A stretch of 64,000 nt of DNA from the NCBI GenBank assembly GCA_028534125.1, contig CM052816.1, positions 16,866,001 to 16,930,000 of the forward strand. The letters run 5' to 3'. The notes under the pieces were generated by a model. That model saw nothing but the letters and a program-made list of their open reading frames with translations, did no database searches and was not told the origin of the DNA. Below are positions 60,501 to 64,000 of the stretch, piece after piece. Positions within the stretch are counted from its first letter, which is position 1, and every line of letters starts with the position of its first letter. The stretch comes from Lama glama (Eukaryota). Both the position numbers and the translations under genes were made by a program.

Positions 60501-63500
60501 ACTGTACCTTATCTCACAGTGTTAGGTTTTTTGGGGGGTGGGTAGGAGGTAATTAGGTTAATTTATTTATTTTTAATGGAGGTACTGGGAATTGAATCCA
60601 GGACCTTGTGCATGCTAAGCATGCACTCTAGCACCTGAGCTATACCCTCTCCCAGCAGTTTCTTGTGTGTTTCTCTGCCATTTATTTTTTTTTCTGCCAT
60701 TAATTTTGTATACATGAACAAATATATATTTTCTTTGTCCCCCTCCTTTTTAAAATTTTTTAATTAAAAAAAATTTTTTAATTGAAGTATAATCGATTTA
60801 CAGTGTGTCAATTTCTGGTGTACAGCACAATGCTTCAGTCATACGTGAATATACATATATTTGTTTTCATATTCTTTTTCACTGTAAGCTACTACAAGAT
60901 ATTGAATATAGTTCCCTGTGCTATACAGTATAAACTTGTTAATCTATTTTACATGTCCCTCTTCTTTTTAAACACAACTGGTTAGGTACTGTATAAATCT
61001 GTACACTTGACCTTGCCACTGCTGCTATTTTTTCCCTCTAACTTGCTACTATATCTTACAGATCATTGTATACCTTTATATGAAGGTCTGTCTTATGTTT
61101 TTTTAATAGCTGCGTGATTTTTTTTTAAGCTCAAGATACCATTTAAAATTTATTTGGTAATGCAGTTTAGTTAATCTTCATGATATCGATTTAATTTTTT
61201 TTCCCTGCTGACATGCTGTAATAATGTGTGAGGTCTTATCACTGTCCTGTTCCTGTGCTTTCAGCATTTCATATTTCTAGCTGCATGATATTTTATGGAT
61301 ATACCATAATTTATTTAACTGGTACTGTATTTATGGAAATTGGCTAATACAAATATAACCTTGCATAGTTATGTATAAATTATATTTAAGATAAACCGAA
61401 AGTAGAACTATGGAGTCAAAGAATATTTGAGTTTATTAAGTTTGAAAGCATTTCAAGTTGCCCTAGAGATTGTTTCAATTTATACTCCCATTGGTAATAT
61501 ATCAGAGTACCTGTTTTTTAGTGTCCTGGCTCATAGAATGTGTTGTTATATGTTTTTGATTTTTGACAATATTATGAAAGATGAGAAATGGTTCTCATAT
61601 TTTTCATTTGCATCTATCCTATAATGAGTGAGGTTAAATATCTTCTTGTGTTTTAGAGCCACTTGTTAAGGAGTTTCTGTAAACTGCTTTTTCCCATTTT
61701 TCTGTTTGACTATTAGTCTTTTTAATTTGGCCAGGCTGGTGGGGTGACTCCTTATATATTGGGGAGATTAGCAATTTGTGTTTTGAGATGCATTTTAAAA
61801 TATATATCCTTAAACATTTTTTAAATTACTTTTTCTGAATACTTTTTTTTTTAAAGATTTTTATACAACTTTTAAAGGTTACTTTTAATAAGGCTTTTCT
61901 TATTTTTTAGGGTATCAGTTAGCCGAGCAATTAAACCCTTTGCGGAACCTGGCCGCCCTCCAGACTGGTTCTCTCAAAAAGTAAGTTCCCAAGTAAATGC
62001 TCATTTTGAGCAATGTTTGAGATGTGAAGTGAATTCCCTTCCAGGTCCTGCCCTTTAATCACAGGCTTTTGTACCATGAAGGAATAGAATGGTTGAGAAT
62101 ACTTTTCCTTTTTCCCAGTGTTTGCCATTGCATCCATGTATGCTCACATTACAAACTATTCTTGTTAGTGTAATGTAACAGTTAAAAGTCCAACCTTGGA
62201 AGTTAGACAGGATTTAATATGACTCTACTTGAAAACATTGAACCATGATCCTCAGTATTATTATTTGTAAAATAGAGATAAAAGTTGTTTCAGGATTGTT
62301 GTAAAGATTTAGTTAAGGTAATATCTGTAAAACATTTAGCACAGTGCCTTGCATGTGGTAACTACTCAATAGGTATTAGGGATAAATATTGGCTCTTAAC
62401 TTGTCTTTCCCCAAATACACAAACTGTAGGCCGGTATTTTCTTTGTTATGGTATTGATTATATTGAACTGATTTGATTGCAAAATAATTTGCCCTCCTAG
62501 AAACTACGCATAACTTAAACAAAGCTCCCCTCTCTAAAACTTAGTCTAATACGTTGAAACTTTGAAAGGTCATTCCTTTTAGGCTTGCTTATCATATTTT
62601 TACTTTTTTTCCATAGCATTGTGCTTCCCAGTACTCAGAGCTCCTGGAGACCACAGAGACCCCGAAGTGAGTACAGAGCCAGGCACCTGAGCCAAATCTC
62701 TTCAGTGGAGAGTATTTACTGTAGAAATCTTTTTTTTTTTTAAATCTATTTATATTACTGGTAGCTAAGAGTATAATAGAAGTTATCAATGGTTAGGTGG
62801 TAGAGAAGGCTCAAAAAAAGCAAGTGGGAATAGGAACAAGTGTTCTCTTATTTAAGTGTATGTGTGTTTGTGTGTTTTTAATTTTCCATAGACGGAAACG
62901 GGGTGAAAAGGGAGAAGTGGTGGAAACTGTTGAAGATGTCATTGTTCGGAAACTGACTGCTGAACGAGTTGAGGAACTAAAGAAAGTGATAAAGGAAACC
63001 CAGGAAAAATACAGGTACGTTATCAGAGAGGACACCAAAAGGTTGGGAGAAACAAATGGGGCTGACTTCTGATTCTGGTCAGAATTTTTCAAATAGATTA
63101 AAAAAACTCAATCTACTTACTTCTCTTCCTACAGACGACTGAAAAGAGATGCAGAATTAATTCAGGCTGGGCACATGGACAACAGACTGGATGAGCTTTG
63201 CAATGACATTGCAATGTGGGTTATATTATATTGTTTTTCCATCTATACTATTTTTTTCCTTTTTTACCCTCTTTACTCCTTAATAATCTGGCTTATTTCC
63301 TACATCTGCCATCCTTTTAAACTTGAGAGATTCTGAAAGGGGAAAGCTTTAGACTGGCCTGGTAGCTGGGAGAGGATAGTGAGTCCTAGAAGGTAATGTG
63401 ATAGAACATTTCAGTGTAAGAATATAACTTAGTTCTAATTTAAAAGTGGCTCTGCTTTGCCTTGGTGAAGAACTAGTAGTTAGGCAGTACACTCAAAATT

Positions 63501-63694
63501 CCCTGTTTTGCTGATAAAGATTCTTTTCCTCCAGAAAGTGTTAGTCTGGCAAGAGATTTCCTTGTGAGGGTACTGCAAACTGTGAAGGAGCTAGAACTGA
63601 CTGGGATCTACCCTTAATTTCCTCTTTAGGAAAAAGAAATTGGAGGAAGAGGAGGCTGAAGTAAAGAGGAAGGCTACAGATGCTGCATATCAGG
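57485..63694 (+). CDS. BRD8: Bromodomain-containing protein 8 (NuA4/TIP60 subunit), 5' part; the gene continues past the window. Exons: 57485-57503, 58457-58553, 61911-61980, 62617-62666, 62892-63014, 63135-63215, 63630-63694
   Basis: The spliced translation is MATGTGKHKLLSTGPTEPWSIREKLCLASSVMRSGDQNWVSVSRAIKPFAEPGRPPDWFSQKHCASQYSELLETTETPKRKRGEKGEVVETVEDVIVRKLTAERVEELKK...KKLEEEEAEVKRKATDAAYQ. Splice sites are canonical and the phases are consistent. Confidence 0.97.
58655..59900 (-). mobile_element. Old L1 (L1MB-like) fragment in BRD8 intron 2
   Basis: It starts 'ttttaacagctttattgacatataattcatatacc' (an L1 3' end) and continues with L1 3'UTR/ORF2-end motifs. Confidence 0.8.
60527..60653 (-). 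mobile_element. tRNA-derived SINE (camelid Vic-1-like)
   Basis: The minus strand reads GGGAGAGGGTATAGCTCAGGTGCTAGAGTGCATGCTTAGCATGCACAAGGTCCTGGATTCAATTCCC followed by a tail. Confidence 0.85.
60755..60953 (-). mobile_element. 5'-truncated cetartiodactyl-type L1 3' end
   Basis: The sequence reads 'tttaattgaagtata...aatttctggtgtacagca...atagttccctgtgctatacagta'. It is flanked by an imperfect repeat TGTCCC(C/T)CT(C/T)CTTTTTAAA. Confidence 0.8.
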
Positions 63695-64000
63695 GTAAGC
63701 TGAACCTACTGATTCTGTTTAGTATTTTGACTATACAGCACTGCATGCTGATGAGAATTATTGAGAAGAATTCAGTCATTGGACAAGAAGAGGAACTTAA
63801 ATATTTGTTAACTCTAGGAATACATTCTCTGAGCCAGTGAGGTCCTTCCCTCTTGTTAAAAGCAGAATCTTAGTAAGTTATTAAAGAGGATATTAAGGGA
63901 TGTTTAAGCCAGTTTCCTATTCCAAGGACCTTTGGGGTAAACAAGATTGCTGAGCATGAAAATTGCTCATAGGAAAAATCAAGCTAAAAAGTTGTAAAGA

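Noticed and set aside
1..64000. A novel multi-gene system such as an operon, defence island, CRISPR array or intact retrovirus
   Set aside because: All credible coding sequence is explained by four known intron-containing genes in conserved order plus one retropseudogene. The ERV1-class LTRs are solitary, and I saw no gag/pol/env or intact L1 ORFs.

Overview
This is mammalian genomic DNA, not microbial. It is probably camelid (alpaca or camel), inferred from repeated tRNA-derived SINEs resembling the camelid Vic-1 type and cetartiodactyl-style L1 3' ends. The window holds the conserved block GFRA3 - CDC23 - KIF20A - BRD8, the same order as human 5q31. It contains the last six exons of GFRA3 (+), the complete CDC23/APC8 gene (+, 16 coding exons, 597 aa), the complete KIF20A/MKLP2 gene (-, 18 coding exons, 891 aa) and the first seven exons of BRD8 (+). 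I placed exon boundaries by hand from GT/AG sites and checked them for reading-frame consistency. CDC23 and KIF20A converge with interdigitated poly(A) signals, and KIF20A and BRD8 share a bidirectional CpG promoter. The ~27 kb GFRA3-CDC23 interval is mostly old repeats. It also holds a full-length, disabled RPL37 processed pseudogene with target-site duplications (TSDs), two solo ERV LTRs, and an orphan CpG island with a duplicated palindrome and a homeodomain-motif core. I found no evidence of a new protein-coding system; nearly all other listed ORFs are repeat-derived or shadow frames. Repeat family names and comparisons with human genes come from recalled sequences, not from a database search.
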